A model generated the notes under the pieces. It was given only the letters and a program-made list of their open reading frames with translations. It searched no databases and was not told the DNA's origin. Shown here in pieces: positions 50,401 to 63,024 of a stretch of 64,000 nt of DNA. The position numbers and the translations under genes were made by a program. How positions within the stretch are numbered: the first letter of the stretch is position 1; every line of letters starts with the position of its first letter. This DNA comes from Paragordius varius (taxonomy: Eukaryota; Animalia; Nematomorpha): positions 12,524,001 through 12,588,000 of the forward strand of contig OZ176051.1 of the NCBI GenBank assembly GCA_964247055.1. Direction: 5' to 3'.

Positions 50401-52474
50401 TTAAAAAAGCCAATGGTGTTAAATCAATTAATATAGCATTTATATAAATTTTCAGAACCGGTATGAGTAAATATTCATATAAATGATAGATACCTGATAA
50501 AGTAACCCTTATGTTTGAATTTATCATTAGAAGTTCTGATAAACCCTGGATTCCAGAAATTTGATTAGAAGCCAAATTGACTATTGTTAAATTTGTAAAA
50601 TCCAATAGGGAAGCAAAAGGAAAACTCTTCAATTGATTTTGGTAGACTCCTAAATGTGAAAGGGATTTTCGCATGTTTATATTTGGATTTAATTTAAAAT
50701 CTTTGAGTTTATTTGACCCGATATTCAATGCCACTAAGTTAGGGTTATTGGCAAACGTATTTTGTGGGAATATTTCTATTTTATTATTCCGCAAATTTAG
50801 ATGTGTTAGGTTATGGAGTTTTGATATCAATTGTGTTGGTACAACCTAATATGAGATTAAGCCGTTAAAATGTCTGTAAACTATTTAAAATCCAAAGTGC
50901 CAATCGTTATATTCTATACAAGTTGACATGAAAAACTAAATTGTATAAAAAAATAACGGTAATTTTAAATTCTATGTGATAAAACCGCTGTAACTTTTAA
51001 TCTATTTTTTATATAAGCCTCACTAAAATTACTCAATAACTAAATAATTAATTCTATTATACGGTGCGCACCCAAAATACATATTATCAATCATATATAT
51101 CATTCGACAACTTAAACAGAATGGTGGATATCGATCGAAACGATGAATGCAATTAAAATACTAAAAAAGTAATTTTAATCTATCAGCCGAAATAAATCAA
51201 ATACAGCCCTAAATAAATATTATTGGGGAATATGTGTAATAATAATAATTTTAATTATTATCGATATTTCAAGAAAAATATATTTTTTAAAATTGAATAA
51301 CATAATGATATAGAAATATACCCTTAGTAAAAAGGTTAATTAAATGTGTCAAAACAATATTTTTTCACCATTCAGTAATGAATTAATTAAAAATGCTAAC
51401 AAGTTTATCTTTTTCTCCCGATCTGGTTATAACCTGCATAATAACTTTCCAGCATATTTAATTTTAAATTGAAAAGAGTAAGAGCAAAAAATAAATCACG
51501 GATGGATTTAGCGCCAAGAAGTCATATATAAGAAATTGTTTTGTCCGATAATTGTTTTAAGTAAAAATAAAGTGATAAATTGCAAACATAATACACAGTG
51601 TATATATCCGGAAATATCAGTATTATTATATGGCTTTTGGTTTTAGCCCGAGTGAATAAGAAAGTTATTATAACTTTTGTAGTGACAAATGGCAAAATTC
51701 AGCACATTTTTTAAAATATTGTTTTTTGGTGAAACGAGGCTTCATTCCAAAAAATATCACTAAAATATATCAAATTGTACATAAAAAAATATTTTAATAT
51801 TTAGATGCGGGCTCAGAACGTTCCAAATTTCTAGAAATGCATTAATTCTTTTAAAATATGCGCAAAAATGCCAAGATTCAAAAAATATTTTAAATTAACG
51901 CTAAATTTTGATATCAAATAAAAATTATAAAAAAATTATTTTTCGGCAAAATTTTAGTAAGCATACTTCATACTATTGTGAGGCATAATGACGGTTTAAG
52001 ACCGGTTTTAAACAGGGGCATGTGGCCCTCCAAAAAATTTTTCCAGCTGCGAGAAATCTTAAATACAAAATTTTACGTTTAAATAAATTTGATTTTCTTA
52101 AAGTTTTCCGATTAAGTTTTTCCAAATTTTGGCAATGAACTAAAAATTGTTATAATAATCAATTGTATTTACATTATGTTTATAATCTAATAAAATATTT
52201 GCTATTGCCCATATATTTCGTGAATGCCACCCGTCAGATTTTTCGATCCAAAAAATGCGGCCCACTTAGCCATTTGTGTAGAACACCCCTGGTGTTGGTG
52301 TAAAATGTCAAAAAACACTTTATATGATCTAATAATTCTGGACATTTCCATCGCTTCCGATTTTTTAAAAGGTTCGTTTGCTTTCAAATTTTGGTATATT
52401 TTTGTAAAAAAAACACAATATATAGAAAAAATTTCAGACAAACGAATAATCGATATTGTCATATAAATAAATAA

Positions 52475-52520
<46 letters not shown>

Positions 52521-55076
52521 CCAGCATCATCAAATTATATTGAAAAAGTGTTTTTACAATATCTTAAACGTTTTTATACCGTTTTCATCATGCTCTAAAA
52601 TAGTATGAAGTATGCTTCACCAAATTTTTGCTGATCTTTGAAGTATGCATTTTTTTATAAATATTATAGTGATATCTTAGCATATATTTAAAAAAAATGG
52701 CGCGATCTCGGCATTTCCTGTATAAAAGAACTAGCCCATTTTAAAAAAGCGAAAAATTTGGGTCTTTCGGGCCCCATATTAAAAAATTAAAATATTCCAA
52801 TAATATTTTTTTGCTTTTTTATGTAATTTATCATATGTTTTAGTGATTTTGGAATGAAGCATATAGCTTTCACCAACAAAATTTGCGCATATTTTGCCGT
52901 TTTCTGATATGGAGCAGTTACTAGAAAAGTGATTTTAACTTTCTTGATCACCCTTAAAGGTTAACAAAAGCACCATGATAATTCTGATACATTTTCCTAT
53001 CAAAATATATATATATCACATCAGGATATTTTTTCATGACCTCCAGATTTGTACACTCTGAATATTCGTATTTAAGTTAAATAATATCGATTCAGTTATT
53101 AATAAATACCAACAAAGTTTCCTTTGAAGGCACAAATTTTGTATCACTCTGGATAACGTTAATGGTTTTAAACTTGATCTTTCATCAATCAAATTTGATG
53201 AAAAAAATAGCTCGGTTAGAAATATTTGAGAATTAACAACTTTAAGTTGTAATCCAAAATTAGTGCAGATATAAAACATTTAATAATTTTTTTTCTTTAA
53301 GAACTTCGAAAATAAAAAACAAAAATGTTTGAAAAAATATAATTGGCTAATGTAACTATATCTGCGCCACATTTTTCGAAGATATAAATTAACCTAATTT
53401 TTGCAAATCAAAAAATAAAGCACTTTGCGCCAAAAGGGGCCTAAAAAGAATATTTGAAATGCTGATGACATCTTAAACATACTACTTAAACAGGATAAAC
53501 AATAATATTTATGTGTTTATTATGTGAAAAGATTTCTCGCGCACGAAATCGACATTTGTGTTACCGCATATTTCTAATTAAAAATTCTTTCGTCCTTATT
53601 AAGTAATGAAAATTGTCCGTTTTGTAATCTAGTAAACTAGGAAGTCTTTTTTTTAAAAAATCTGATGGGATAGAAATGTTCAAGCATTATCAAAATGAAA
53701 AAAGTATTTTCATAAAAATAAGTCTTTATATGAATCTATTTTTCTAAAAGCAGAAAAATTCCTAATAAAGTAAGATTATCAAAACGGCATTCATAAAGCG
53801 TAATCCCATCATCGGTTTATTTATGGTTATTTGTGATCGGATTCTAAACTAAAAGTGCCTGTAATGCAATAAAACTATTAAAAATTTTAGTTGAATTTAC
53901 TTTCAAATTATTTTGCGCTAAATGAAGGTGTGCAAGGGATGTGCGTCGGTCATTATTCCCTAATAGCTTGATTGTACCATCTAATATATCCTGTGGGACA
54001 CCGCTTTCCAACATATTAGAATCTAACGCTAAACGTTCCAAATTAAAACAGGAACGAAGCACATTAGGATGCAAGTCCTCTGGTCTCAAATAATTGCCAG
54101 ATAAATCTAAAAATTTTAATTTAGTTTCCCCACCGTTAGTAATTGAACAAAAGGAAGGCAAAACTTTGAGTTGGTTATCATAAAGGTATAATTCTTTAAG
54201 ATTGGTTGTCTTGCGAAACGCAGTTGTTGGAATTCGTTCAATTTGAGTATTTGTTAAATGCAATGATTCCAAATTATTGGCATGGGCGAAGGTATCTACG
54301 TCAAGTATTTTAATTGCATTTGAAGAATATATAGCGTGTCGCAAATAAGAAATTTCTAATCCCTTTGTGTAAACATTTGGTAGCTTACTAATCAGGGAGA
54401 ATTCCGTTAGATTTAATTTATGGCTGGGAAAAGAAATTTTTTCCAAATTTCGCATATCCAAAGCCAAACTAGTCAATTTTGGGGCATTTACAAAGTGTGC
54501 CATATCTAGCTCACTGATCGTATGAAATCCGAGATCAAGTTGTTCCAGTTTTATGAGTGGCTTTAAGGCCTCAAGTAAACTTGCAATTTGGGGCGTATGC
54601 CAGACAGGGGAATATGAATGGTCAATCACGGATAAATTTTTTAGTGTAGTCCCCAAGGATTCGAACGCATCTAGAGAAACTTTGCCAACCTTCGAATAAA
54701 TGAGGAGAAATTGTGTAATATTTAGTTCAAATGGCTCAATATCTGGTGGTATAATGTAATTGAGTGTGTCGAGGCGACTATCATCTAAGCGGAATCTGAT
54801 ATCAAAGTTATAGGCATTAATGTTAGAAACATTCTTCTTTCGCAGAGTTACAAAAGAGCGCCAAATTTCATAAATTTCATCCATATTTTTGAGGTGTATG
54901 CATCGAATTTCATATACTATAGGGGTTCGTATATTCAATATTTTATTAGATGTGTCAATAACGTGACAACTGCAATCACTAATGGACAATGTTGGACAAT
55001 GAGGAAAAATTTGTCCTCTTACAAGATGATCAGGGAGAAATAGAATAATAGTAAAATATAACCCTGACCTTAACAT
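47443..55076 (-). CDS. Type I transmembrane leucine-rich-repeat protein, 686 aa, 3 exons: 55076-53901, 50845-50494, 47975-47443
   Basis: Signal-peptide-like MLRSGLYFTIILFLPDHLVRG and a Cys N-cap CPTLSISDCSC..IRC. Many LxxLxLxxNxL repeats continue across junction 1 (HLAQNNLK|VVPTQLISKLHNLTHLNLRNNKI), and the LRRCT crosses junction 2 (VTLS-D-NPIICDC). A TM helix IAILGVSITLCLLLVAIL precedes a short tail without a TIR domain. The exons sum to 2061 nt. Confidence 0.85.
52013..52291. mobile_element. Charlie-type hAT MITE remnant; related copy at about 57920-58738
   Basis: CAGGGG start and GCGGCCC...ACACCCCTG end. About 280 bp of similarity is shared with 58480-58738. No intact TSD. Confidence 0.55.
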
Positions 55077-55730
55077 TACGTAAAACAATCAATTTAACAT
55101 TCAAAGAAAAAGAAAAATTTAAACAAATGCTTCTTTTTTACCCATCTTGTGCTATCCGTAAATTAAATTAACTATAAATTTTTATTGCTGATAACAAAAG
55201 TATGTATACGTTAAGTTCTTAAAAAACACCAGATGGTTAATGAAAAATGTATATACATGGGAAAGAGAATACGGAGCTGGCTGAGTATTGCTGTATCATT
55301 TATATGTAAAAAAAAAGTAAGAACAATCACGGATGTTTATTGATCAAAGAACCGATTAACAATGCTAAAAGAGTATCGATCTCTATAAAATTGATTAACC
55401 GAATATAAAATATTTACGATTTTTAAATTTACATTATAATACAGTATATATTATATCGGCAAAATTAATATTACAATATACTTCATGTAAAAGACTCACA
55501 GACATTTAAGAAAGATGCTTTAGTATTACTAGTACCATAAAAGCAAAATACATAATAGTTTTTAAACAAAATATTTACTAAAAATATATTAATCATAATA
55601 TTTATCCATTGTGTACCGAAATTTTAATGGACCCGCTCAAATAAGATATATATAAAAGTAACAAGATTATTTTATATATGCTATTTGACATCAAAATAAA
55701 TTATTTTTTCAAAAATGAATACTTTGATTT

Positions 55731-57914
55731 CAGTGGCGTACCGAGCATTTGCGGCGGCCGGGGCATAAAACTCTTATGCCCCCTTCCCTCCACTTTTTGA
55801 AAGTCAATAAAACATTGCAACCTAAACACCATAGATAAGACAGCACAGTCTATAACATTTTAATCTATTATATATATATATGAAACTAAATTTATTCATA
55901 TTCAAATACATAGTTGTAAATATTCTAATAAATTCTATAATATGGTAATCATATTTATAAAAATAATATACATTGATTTTCGTTGCAGTTAAATTAATCT
56001 TATAATGGCGAACAATAATGATTTAAAAAATAATTGTAAATCTAGGCGAATTTTACAATACAGATTTTAACGAATTAAATGATAATTTATGTAATACAAT
56101 TTATTTAGTCCGTAAAATATTAATTTAAATGAGATTTTACTACTTGGAAAGGAAAGAGGCAACTAAGATAAATTTCTTTCATGGAAAAATTTTTCTGGCT
56201 TTTGTGATTGCAAAATTATAAATAAATGATATCAACCATTAAAATCTATCATATTAAATTTTTCTTTTTCCACACTCAACAATGTTAAATTATTCAAACG
56301 ATATCGTCGATCGCATTATGTTAAGATTAATTTCAATTTGCTGAATGACCTTTTAAAACTAGCGACTGACGTTGAAATAGTTAAAAGTATTTGAAGTACA
56401 ACCCTTAAATTGAGATATACATCTTCGCCGTATGAAATTATAAAGGTTAAGAGTTCTAACGGAGTTTTGGGTTCGACATCTTTGAGTAACATCCTACAAT
56501 CACAAATTAAAAAGGTCTGTTCCCTTATGTATTGTAAAATTCGCCTATGGATTTAATTATTTTTCAAATCATTATTACTATTGTAATTACAATAAATTTT
56601 CAAACTGAGTTACAAGTTTTAGTAAAGATAAGAGGTTTCCAGGATTCGGTGCTGAGTCATCAACATTAAACTTTCAACATGTCCTCGAAAAGGGAGATAT
56701 TGGGTAATTAGTAATTTTATGCAGGCCAATATTCGATGTAAAATATTTCGCCATTCCTTTTCCGGTTATGTGAGCTTCTAGAGCAGAATCAATTACTGTT
56801 TTATTTATTAATCTTCTTTCTGCCTCTTTCCAAGTAGTAAATGCTTTTCGATGATTGAGCCTATTTTCATGATGGATTAATTTATCTTTTTCCCTCCATT
56901 AAAACCATGCGATCGATCAAAAAGTAGGCAACAAAAACAATACGCAGATCTCTTCTTTGGTGAGTATAAAAGCCAAGACCTTCAACTTCAAACCCTTATT
57001 TTTTACCGACAAGTCGAAAAAACCAAGATTGGGGCATTGGACGATGATTTTTTGTTTCAAAGAGATTGCATTTATTTTACAATCCTTTAGATCCACGAAT
57101 AATCATTCTGTGCAAAGTTGATTAGATATTACGGGAACATTATTATTAGTAAATTTTAAAAAGGCGACATCATTAAACTCTATAGGCATAGCGCTTGGAA
57201 TTACTAATGGTATATTTGTAGTTTTCTCATCTCTAATTATTGAATCAATAACTAGGTTTCTGGTGTATTGAGGTACCGTTATGTTTTTGCATACACTTTT
57301 TTCAATATTATGGTCAGATATTTTCGTTAAATAAGATTTTGTACTCGTTCGCATTTTATTTGTTTAAATCTCTTCCCGGATTTTTCGTTTTTCGATTTGC
57401 GTAACCGCTGAGTTTAGGTATTGATATCTAATGAAAGGTATTATAAAAAATAAAAGGTTATATTAATAATAAAAACCTACCTTGTTAAAGATGGAACGTT
57501 GGGGAATTTAATAAAATTGGGTTATGAAATTAAATATGATTAAAATAAAAATGCAATTATAGAATAAGAGATAAGGTTTTGAACAGAGAGAGAGAAATAA
57601 TAATTTAATTAAAGGCAATAATATAATTAACAATAAGTGCGTGATAAAGAAGCGTTTTTAAAGCGAAAAAATAAGTTTGCAATGTTGAAAGAAGACCTAC
57701 GTGAAAGTTGTTTTTGGCTTAATGTTTGCTCTTGATCTCATTTATATAATTTTTGTATTATTTTATATTACGTAAATTCCTGAAAAATCTTGCTTGAAAG
57801 TTGTTATTATTTTTGCATAATTTAAATTTAATTTGAAAAAATCTTTTAGGCGCCCCTAAATAACGGCACCCGGGAAATGATGCACCCCCTTATCCCCCCA
57901 TCGGTACGACACTG
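55731..57914 (-). mobile_element. Internally deleted hAT transposon with a decayed ZMYM1/DUF4371-type transposase
   Basis: TIR CAGTGGCGTACCGA / TCGGTACGACACTG. Minus-strand remnants are the N-terminal ORF 57354-57103, SWLLYSPKK, PFRGH, and the dimerisation domain NLRVVLQILLTISTSVASFKRSFSKLKLI..LTLLSVEKE near 56250-56430, with stops and frameshifts. No 8-bp TSD survives. Confidence 0.8.
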
Positions 57915-57986
57915 GCTTTGGGGTTTTCAACACTAATGGCCTCGACCGCACTTTTGAGTGGAAAAATTCAACCGACCGCATTCGCA

Positions 57987-58030
<44 letters not shown>

Positions 58031-58871
58031 TTAAAAATTTTTTACTTTATAACCATAAGATAGTAAAAACTATTATTTATTTTAACAATTTTTGCTAGTT
58101 TGCCGAAATTCAAAATCTTTTTCAAAAAATTTGTTAAAGGAAATCAATTTTAATGACATTTTGGAAGATTTTGTATTTAAAATTTCTCGCCTCACGGGCT
58201 GCAAAAACATTTTGGAGAGCAGCATATTGGACTACCCTGCTCTAAATGGCAATATTGAAGCGTGTTTTAACTGATATTAGGCATGATGAAAACCAACTAT
58301 ATTTAATTACAATATTTTTCCATAAAGTTACATAAGTATTTGAATCAAATTTTTTTGCCTTAAACTATGAACTTTTATAATATCTACTCATCGAATAAAT
58401 CTTTAATTCATCTTCTTAGTTTGTTGAAAAAACGAATTGCGTAAAGTGTTAAGGCCTAAACATTACTCCGAAATATTTCTAAAGCCCGCAAGAAATTTAA
58501 AATACAAAATTTTACAAAATTCAATTAAAACAGATTTCTTTATACAAATTTTCCGAATTATTATTACAAATTCTGGCAATGAAATAGAAATTATTTTTTA
58601 AATCAATAGTAGTTAGTCTTATGTTTAAAAATTAAAAAATATCTGCTACTTAATGTCCATATATTTTGCGAATGCGACCTGTCGGATTTTTTGATCCAAT
58701 AATGCGGCCCGAGAAGCCATTTGTGTTGGACACCTCTGGTTTAAAGCAAGGATTAAATATTGCTTAATTTTAGAGTAACCCCGAAGGGCTCAATGAGACG
58801 TTAAATAGATACGTATAAAATACAGAATATTGATTTATAGTTTAAATATTTTTTATAATTATGTATAATAC

Positions 58872-59139
58872 TGTAAGGTTATAATATTCTATTTTGTTAA
58901 CACACTCAATTCATGTTGCATCAGTCATTTTGTATTTGAATATTATATATATATTTCGTGTTAAAGCTTATCTGTTGTTGAGAATAACCATTGTGTAACG
59001 TCTACGCAAATAAGGCATGCACACATAAAAAGAACTTGTGATATAATAGCAACTCACTTTTATATTTTGGTTTTCCTTTTTATCGCTCAACTCTATTTTA
59101 TTATACCATATTGCTATACGTGAATAAATCAACCTTACA
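58872..59139 (+). repeat. 5' LTR (268 bp)
   Basis: TGTAAGG...CCTTACA, with AATAAA near the 3' end. Confidence 0.95.
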
Positions 59140-59141
59140 TT

Positions 59142-59150
59142 TGGTGCCGT
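59142..59150 (+). promoter_or_regulatory. Primer-binding site TGGTGCCGT
   Basis: Starts 2 nt after the 5' LTR with TGG. The sequence resembles the complement of a tRNA-His 3' end; the tRNA assignment is from memory and tentative. Confidence 0.6.
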
Positions 59151-59161
59151 ATTAGCTTTCA

Positions 59162-59980
59162 ATGAGCCAAGCGTTGGACATTTCAAAACTGATTTTCCTG
59201 GTAGGTCTTGAAAATCCCAGAGTAGAACGCGAAATTCAATCCAAATATCCAGATGGCAAATAGGACGGGGGTCCGGTAACCCTTCAAGCGATTGTAGACA
59301 TCGCTTATTCCTATGAATTAGAAGATAAAAAGGTTCACAACATCAGAGATAATAATGATATGAACAATAATAATACCAGTGAACTTCCTTCAAGTATCCA
59401 ACCAGTTGTTAATGATAATAATACAATCAATCAAATAACCCGAAAGCTATGTAGTAATTGTGGGTATCGACATGGTTCCGCCACCTGTCCGGCAAAAGGA
59501 AAACGGTGTTTCAATTGCGACAAATGGAATCATTTCAGCACAGTATGCAAGGCAACGTTCCGACGGCCGTCAATCCGCACCATGACTAGCCCGAACAACA
59601 CCCCCCGGATTCAGGTATTAATAAATAATATACCAACAACGTTTATCTACGATACGGGCGCCGAGGTATCCGTTATTGGCAAGCGCACTTGGGTAAATAT
59701 TGGTCGACCTCGTTTGCTCCCAGCTCCAAATTTGCGAACCTACAATGATGGCCCGATAGAAGTACTCGGAAAATCAATGATTTCAGTGGTTTTGAACGAA
59801 GAGGAGAAGTGCCTGCCCTGCGTGGTGACGCAAACTAACCCGCCAGCCGTGTTCGGGATGAATTGGATGCGGGCGTTTCGGTTAGAATTCCCAAAAAATG
59901 TTTTTTCAGTTTTACATACGCAAGCACCTAATAATAAAATGTTATTGATTATTTTGACAAATTGTTTTCAGACGAGTTAG
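59162..59980 (+). pseudogene. Truncated gag plus aspartic protease
   Basis: ATG at 59162 and an in-frame TAG at 59261-59263. Only the C-terminal capsid remnant (LVGLENPRVEREI..VTLQAIVDIAYSYE) is present, followed by two Cys-His knuckles (CSNCGYRH..C; CFNCDKWNHFSTVC) and the protease FIYDTGAEVSVI. Confidence 0.85.
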
Positions 59981-62601
59981 GTACTTTCAAGGGGCCCCCA
60001 ATAAAATTATTTATCGACCCCGGGGCCAAACCTAAAGTTTTTCCTTGTCGTAGGGTACCTTTAACTCTAAAACCTTTAGTAGAAAATGAAATTGATAGAT
60101 TAGTTAAACTCAAAATACTCCGATCTATCGATCCGACCCAAACCCCAATAACATGGGCCTCTCCCACAGTAAATATAGTTAAAGGAAATGGAGAAATTAG
60201 GATATGTGCCGATTTCCGAATTAGTATCAACCGTTATTTAGCAAAAGATTCTCATCTGATACCTACTTTTGACGAGTTGGCCACCAAAGTGGCAAATGGG
60301 ATAATTTTTTCCACTTTAGACCTGAAAGATGCTTACTTACAATTTCCGATAGACCTGGCGTCACAGACGCTAGTAACCATCACAACTCACAAAGGGTTTT
60401 ATGCTTACCAGCGACTTCCATTCGGATTAACTTCAGCACCTATGATCTTTCAAAGATGCATGGACAATCTTTTAAAGGACATACCTGGTATTTGTGTGTA
60501 CCTGGATGATGTCTTAATTTCCGGAGCTACCAGGGAGGAACATGATCAAAGATTAAGGGAAGTATTTAGAAGGTTACAAGAGGCGGGATTACGATTGCGC
60601 CGAGACAAATTGCAAATTGGTATCTCACGAGTCAAATACATGGGGTACGTGATTTCTGACCAAGGTATTGAGCCGTCCAATGAAAAATTAGAGGCCATTA
60701 AAAATTGTCCGACACCTACAAACAAAACTGAGCTACGTTCGTTCTTAGGCTTAATAAATTTTCATGAGCGGTTTATACCAAACTGTCACCCACACCTAGC
60801 AACCTTACACAAGTTAAGTGGAAAGAATACACCTTGGCGGTGGACCCCGGCAGATGATAGTGAATTCGCGAAAGCAAAAAGCTTGCTAACCAGGCCCCCC
60901 GCTTTAATGCCATTTAACGACCGTTTTCCATTGTTGATCGAAACAGATTCCAACAAGGGGTTTGGGGCAATACTGTTTCATAAGACCCCACAGGGGAAAC
61001 GCCCAATTTTTTACGCGTCACGAACTTGTTCAATAGCAGAAAAGGGTTATTCCACGATCGAAAAAGAGGCCAAGGCCATAGTGTTTGCCCTAGAAAAATT
61101 TAAATACTTTATATATGGAAGACCTTTCGAGATATATACAGATCATAAACCGCTGGTGTCACTATTTGGGCGGAAGAGAGACATCAACAACATTAATAAT
61201 AGCAAACTGCTCAGGTGGATATCGAAGACCATCGGGTACGAGTATGAAATGTTTTACAAGAAAGGGGAAGAAAACTTAGCCGACGCGTTGTCGAGACTTC
61301 CCATAGAGCATAGCCAACCAGATGATGAAGATGACGCGGCCACCAAGCAGGTACGATTTTTGGCTCTAAAAACGCTGGATGTAAATAAGAAAGTGGTCGA
61401 AGAGGCAACGATCACTGACCAACGGTTATCAAAAGTTAAAAATGCTCTCAGGACAAACAGTTGGATCGACGAAGATCTGAAACCTTTTTTAAAACATAAA
61501 AACGACTTGGAGTGTTGTTATAATCTGTTATACCTGAATGATCGCTTAGTGATACCACAAGCGATGCAGGAAACGATATTGAAACTTCTGCATACGGGAC
61601 ACAGCGGGCTAAAAACAATGAAAGCCCAAGCCCGGTGTTCGGTATTTTGGCCCGAATTAGACACCGATCTAGAGAATTATGTGGAAAGGTGCGAGGCTTG
61701 CCAAACCTATCGACCTAACGCACCTGAAAATCTTCCCTATCGATGGAATTTTAACACTTTGACATGGGAAAGGTTACATATAGATGTTGCTGGACCGGTG
61801 GACGGATATTATTGGTTAGTGACTATCGATAGCGCCTCACGGTGGGTAGAGATAGATCTTCTTAAATCAATAACGAGTCAAAGCGTTTTAAATTGCCTGG
61901 AAAAACACATCGCACGATTTGGTTTTCCCCGCCAAATTGTGACCGATAACGCCACGTATTTTACTTCAAGAGAATTTACGACTCTCCTAAATCATATGAA
62001 TATAAAGCACATCTGTGCAGCACCCTATCACCCCAAAACAAACGGCCTAGTAGAGAGAGTAATAAAGACATTAAAAACGAAATACGCCGCTACTAAGACC
62101 CAACAAATGCATGCATATGAAGCTATCAACACGGTCCTTTATTCGTATCGAACTAGCATGCATTCTTCGCTAAAAGAAACGCCTTCCGCCATATTCCTAA
62201 AACGGCGTGTACACAATCCTATCTCTTGGGTAAAAACAACCCCTGTCGAATTTATAGAGCATGAAAATGAACCGAGACGTGAATTCCAACAAGACGATCC
62301 TGTCTATATTAAAAATGAAATGGCCGTAGGCTGGCGGCCAGGTCACATTCTGGAGAGAAGGGGGTTACTCTCGTATGAAGTGCAAGATGAGGAAGGGATT
62401 CGAAAACGTAAACATGCAGATCAGTTACGACGTAGGTCAGGAGGGAATTCATACGAAACTAATCCCTTAATAGAGCATAAATATCCCAGCGTCGAAAGTG
62501 TCCCGGGTCATGTCGAGGGAGCCCACTCCGAACAAACCTTCCATCCCACCTCGGAATCTCAAATAGTCCATGCCCCAACTCCTGCTCCCCAGAATCGCTG
62601 A
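59938..62601 (+). CDS. pol (reverse transcriptase, RNase H, integrase), open frame, -1 relative to gag-protease
   Basis: RT motifs LDLKDAY..YQRLPFGL..VYLDD; RNase H motifs ETD..EKEAKAI..TDHKPL..LADALSRL; integrase HHCC plus the catalytic D,D,E motifs HIDVAG..TDNA..GLVER. Confidence 0.92.
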   Translation, partial: NVIDYFDKLFSDELGTFKGPPIKLFIDPGAKPKVFPCRRVPLTLKPLVENEIDRLVKLKILRSIDPTQTPITWASPTVNIVKGNGEIRICADFRISINRYLAKDSHLIPTFDELATKVANGIIFSTLDLKDAYLQFPIDLASQTLVTITTHKGFYAYQRLPFGLTSAPMIFQRCMDNLLKDIPGICVYLDDVLISGATREEHDQRLREVFRRLQEAGLRLRRDKLQIGISRVKYMGYVISDQGIEPSNEKLEAIKNCPTPTNKTELRSFLGLINFHERFIPNCHPHLATLHKLSGKNTPWRWTPADDSEFAKAKSLLTRPPALMPFNDRFPLLIETDSNKGFGAILFHKTPQGKRPIFYASRTCSIAEKGYSTIEKEAKAIVFALEKFKYFIYGRPFEIYTDHKPLVSLFGRKRDINNINNSKLLRWISKTIGYEYEMFYKKGEENLADALSRLPIEHSQPDDEDDAATKQVRFLALKTLDVNKKVVEEATITDQRLSKVKNALRTNSWIDEDLKPFLKHKNDLECCYNLLYLNDRLVIPQAMQETILKLLHTGHSGLKTMKAQARCSVFWPELDTDLENYVERCEACQTYRPNAPENLPYRWNFNTLTWERLHIDVAGPVDGYYWLVTIDSASRWVEIDLLKSITSQSVLNCLEKHIARFGFPRQIVTDNATYFTSREFTTLLNHMNIKHICAAPYHPKTNGLVERVIKTLKTKYAATKTQQMHAYEAINTVLYSYRTSMHSSLKETPSAIFLKRRVHNPISWVKTTPVEFIEHENEPRREFQQDDPVYIKNEMAVGWRPGHILERRGLLSYEVQDEEGIRKRKHADQLRRRSGGNSYETNPLIEHKYPSVESVPGHVEGAHSEQTFHPTSESQIVHAPTPAPQNR

Positions 62602-62743
62602 CGCCTGTAGAGGCTACACCCGACGTGGTAAAGGAGGTTTCTGACCTATCCGAGCGTAGATATCCGCTAAGACGACGGCAGCCTCCCGATCGTTTAAACT
62701 TATAGGTATAATGTACGAACACGACAGCCCCCGTGGTTAACTT

Positions 62744-62753
62744 AGGGGGAGAG
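62744..62753 (+). promoter_or_regulatory. Polypurine tract AGGGGGAGAG
   Basis: Purine run 3 nt upstream of the 3' LTR. Confidence 0.8.
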
Positions 62754-62756
62754 TAA

Positions 62757-63024
62757 TGTAAGGTTATAATATTCTATTTTGTTAACACACTCAATTCATG
62801 TTGCATCAGTTATTTTGTATTTGAATATTATATATATATTTCGTGTTAAAGCTTATCTGTTGTTGAGAATAACCATTGTGTAACGTCTACGCAAATAAGG
62901 CATGCACACATAAAAAGAACTTGTGATATAATAGCAACTCACTTTTATATTTTGGTTTTCCTTTTTATCGCTCAACTCTATTTTATTATACCATATTGCT
63001 ATACGTGAATAAATCAACCTTACA
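62757..63024 (+). repeat. 3' LTR (268 bp)
   Basis: Identical to the 5' LTR except T at 62811 versus C at 58926. Confidence 0.95.

Larger units (their letters stand above)
58872..63024 (+). mobile_element. Ty3/gypsy LTR retrotransposon, 4153 bp, very recent insertion
   Basis: 268-bp LTRs with TG...CA ends that differ at one base by manual comparison, a 5-bp TSD AATAC, a PBS and a PPT. Domain order is PR-RT-RH-IN. Confidence 0.96.

Noticed and set aside
53034-53279. LRR-looking ORF (LTELFFSSNLI) as an extra exon of the LRR gene
   Set aside because: The available acceptor is out of phase with the exon 1 donor, and joining 53901 directly to 50845 already gives a perfect LRR. It remains possible as a decayed duplicate.
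53875-53900. Third ultrashort intron candidate (26-nt GT...AG) at the end of LRR exon 1
   Set aside because: Splicing it leads to a stop after 15 codons with no LRR pattern, whereas the distal acceptor at 50845 continues the repeat.
59261-59263. Programmed stop-codon readthrough in gag
   Set aside because: The TAG lies within the capsid remnant rather than at a gag-pol boundary and lacks a context I recognise as a readthrough signal.
59890-59896. CCCAAAA slippery heptamer as a programmed -1 frameshift between protease and RT
   Set aside because: The -1 frame has three TAA stops at 59929-59937 downstream of it. The shift must occur after 59937, where I see no canonical heptamer. A 1-nt loss in the A-run at 59936-59939 (mutation or sequencing error) is simpler.
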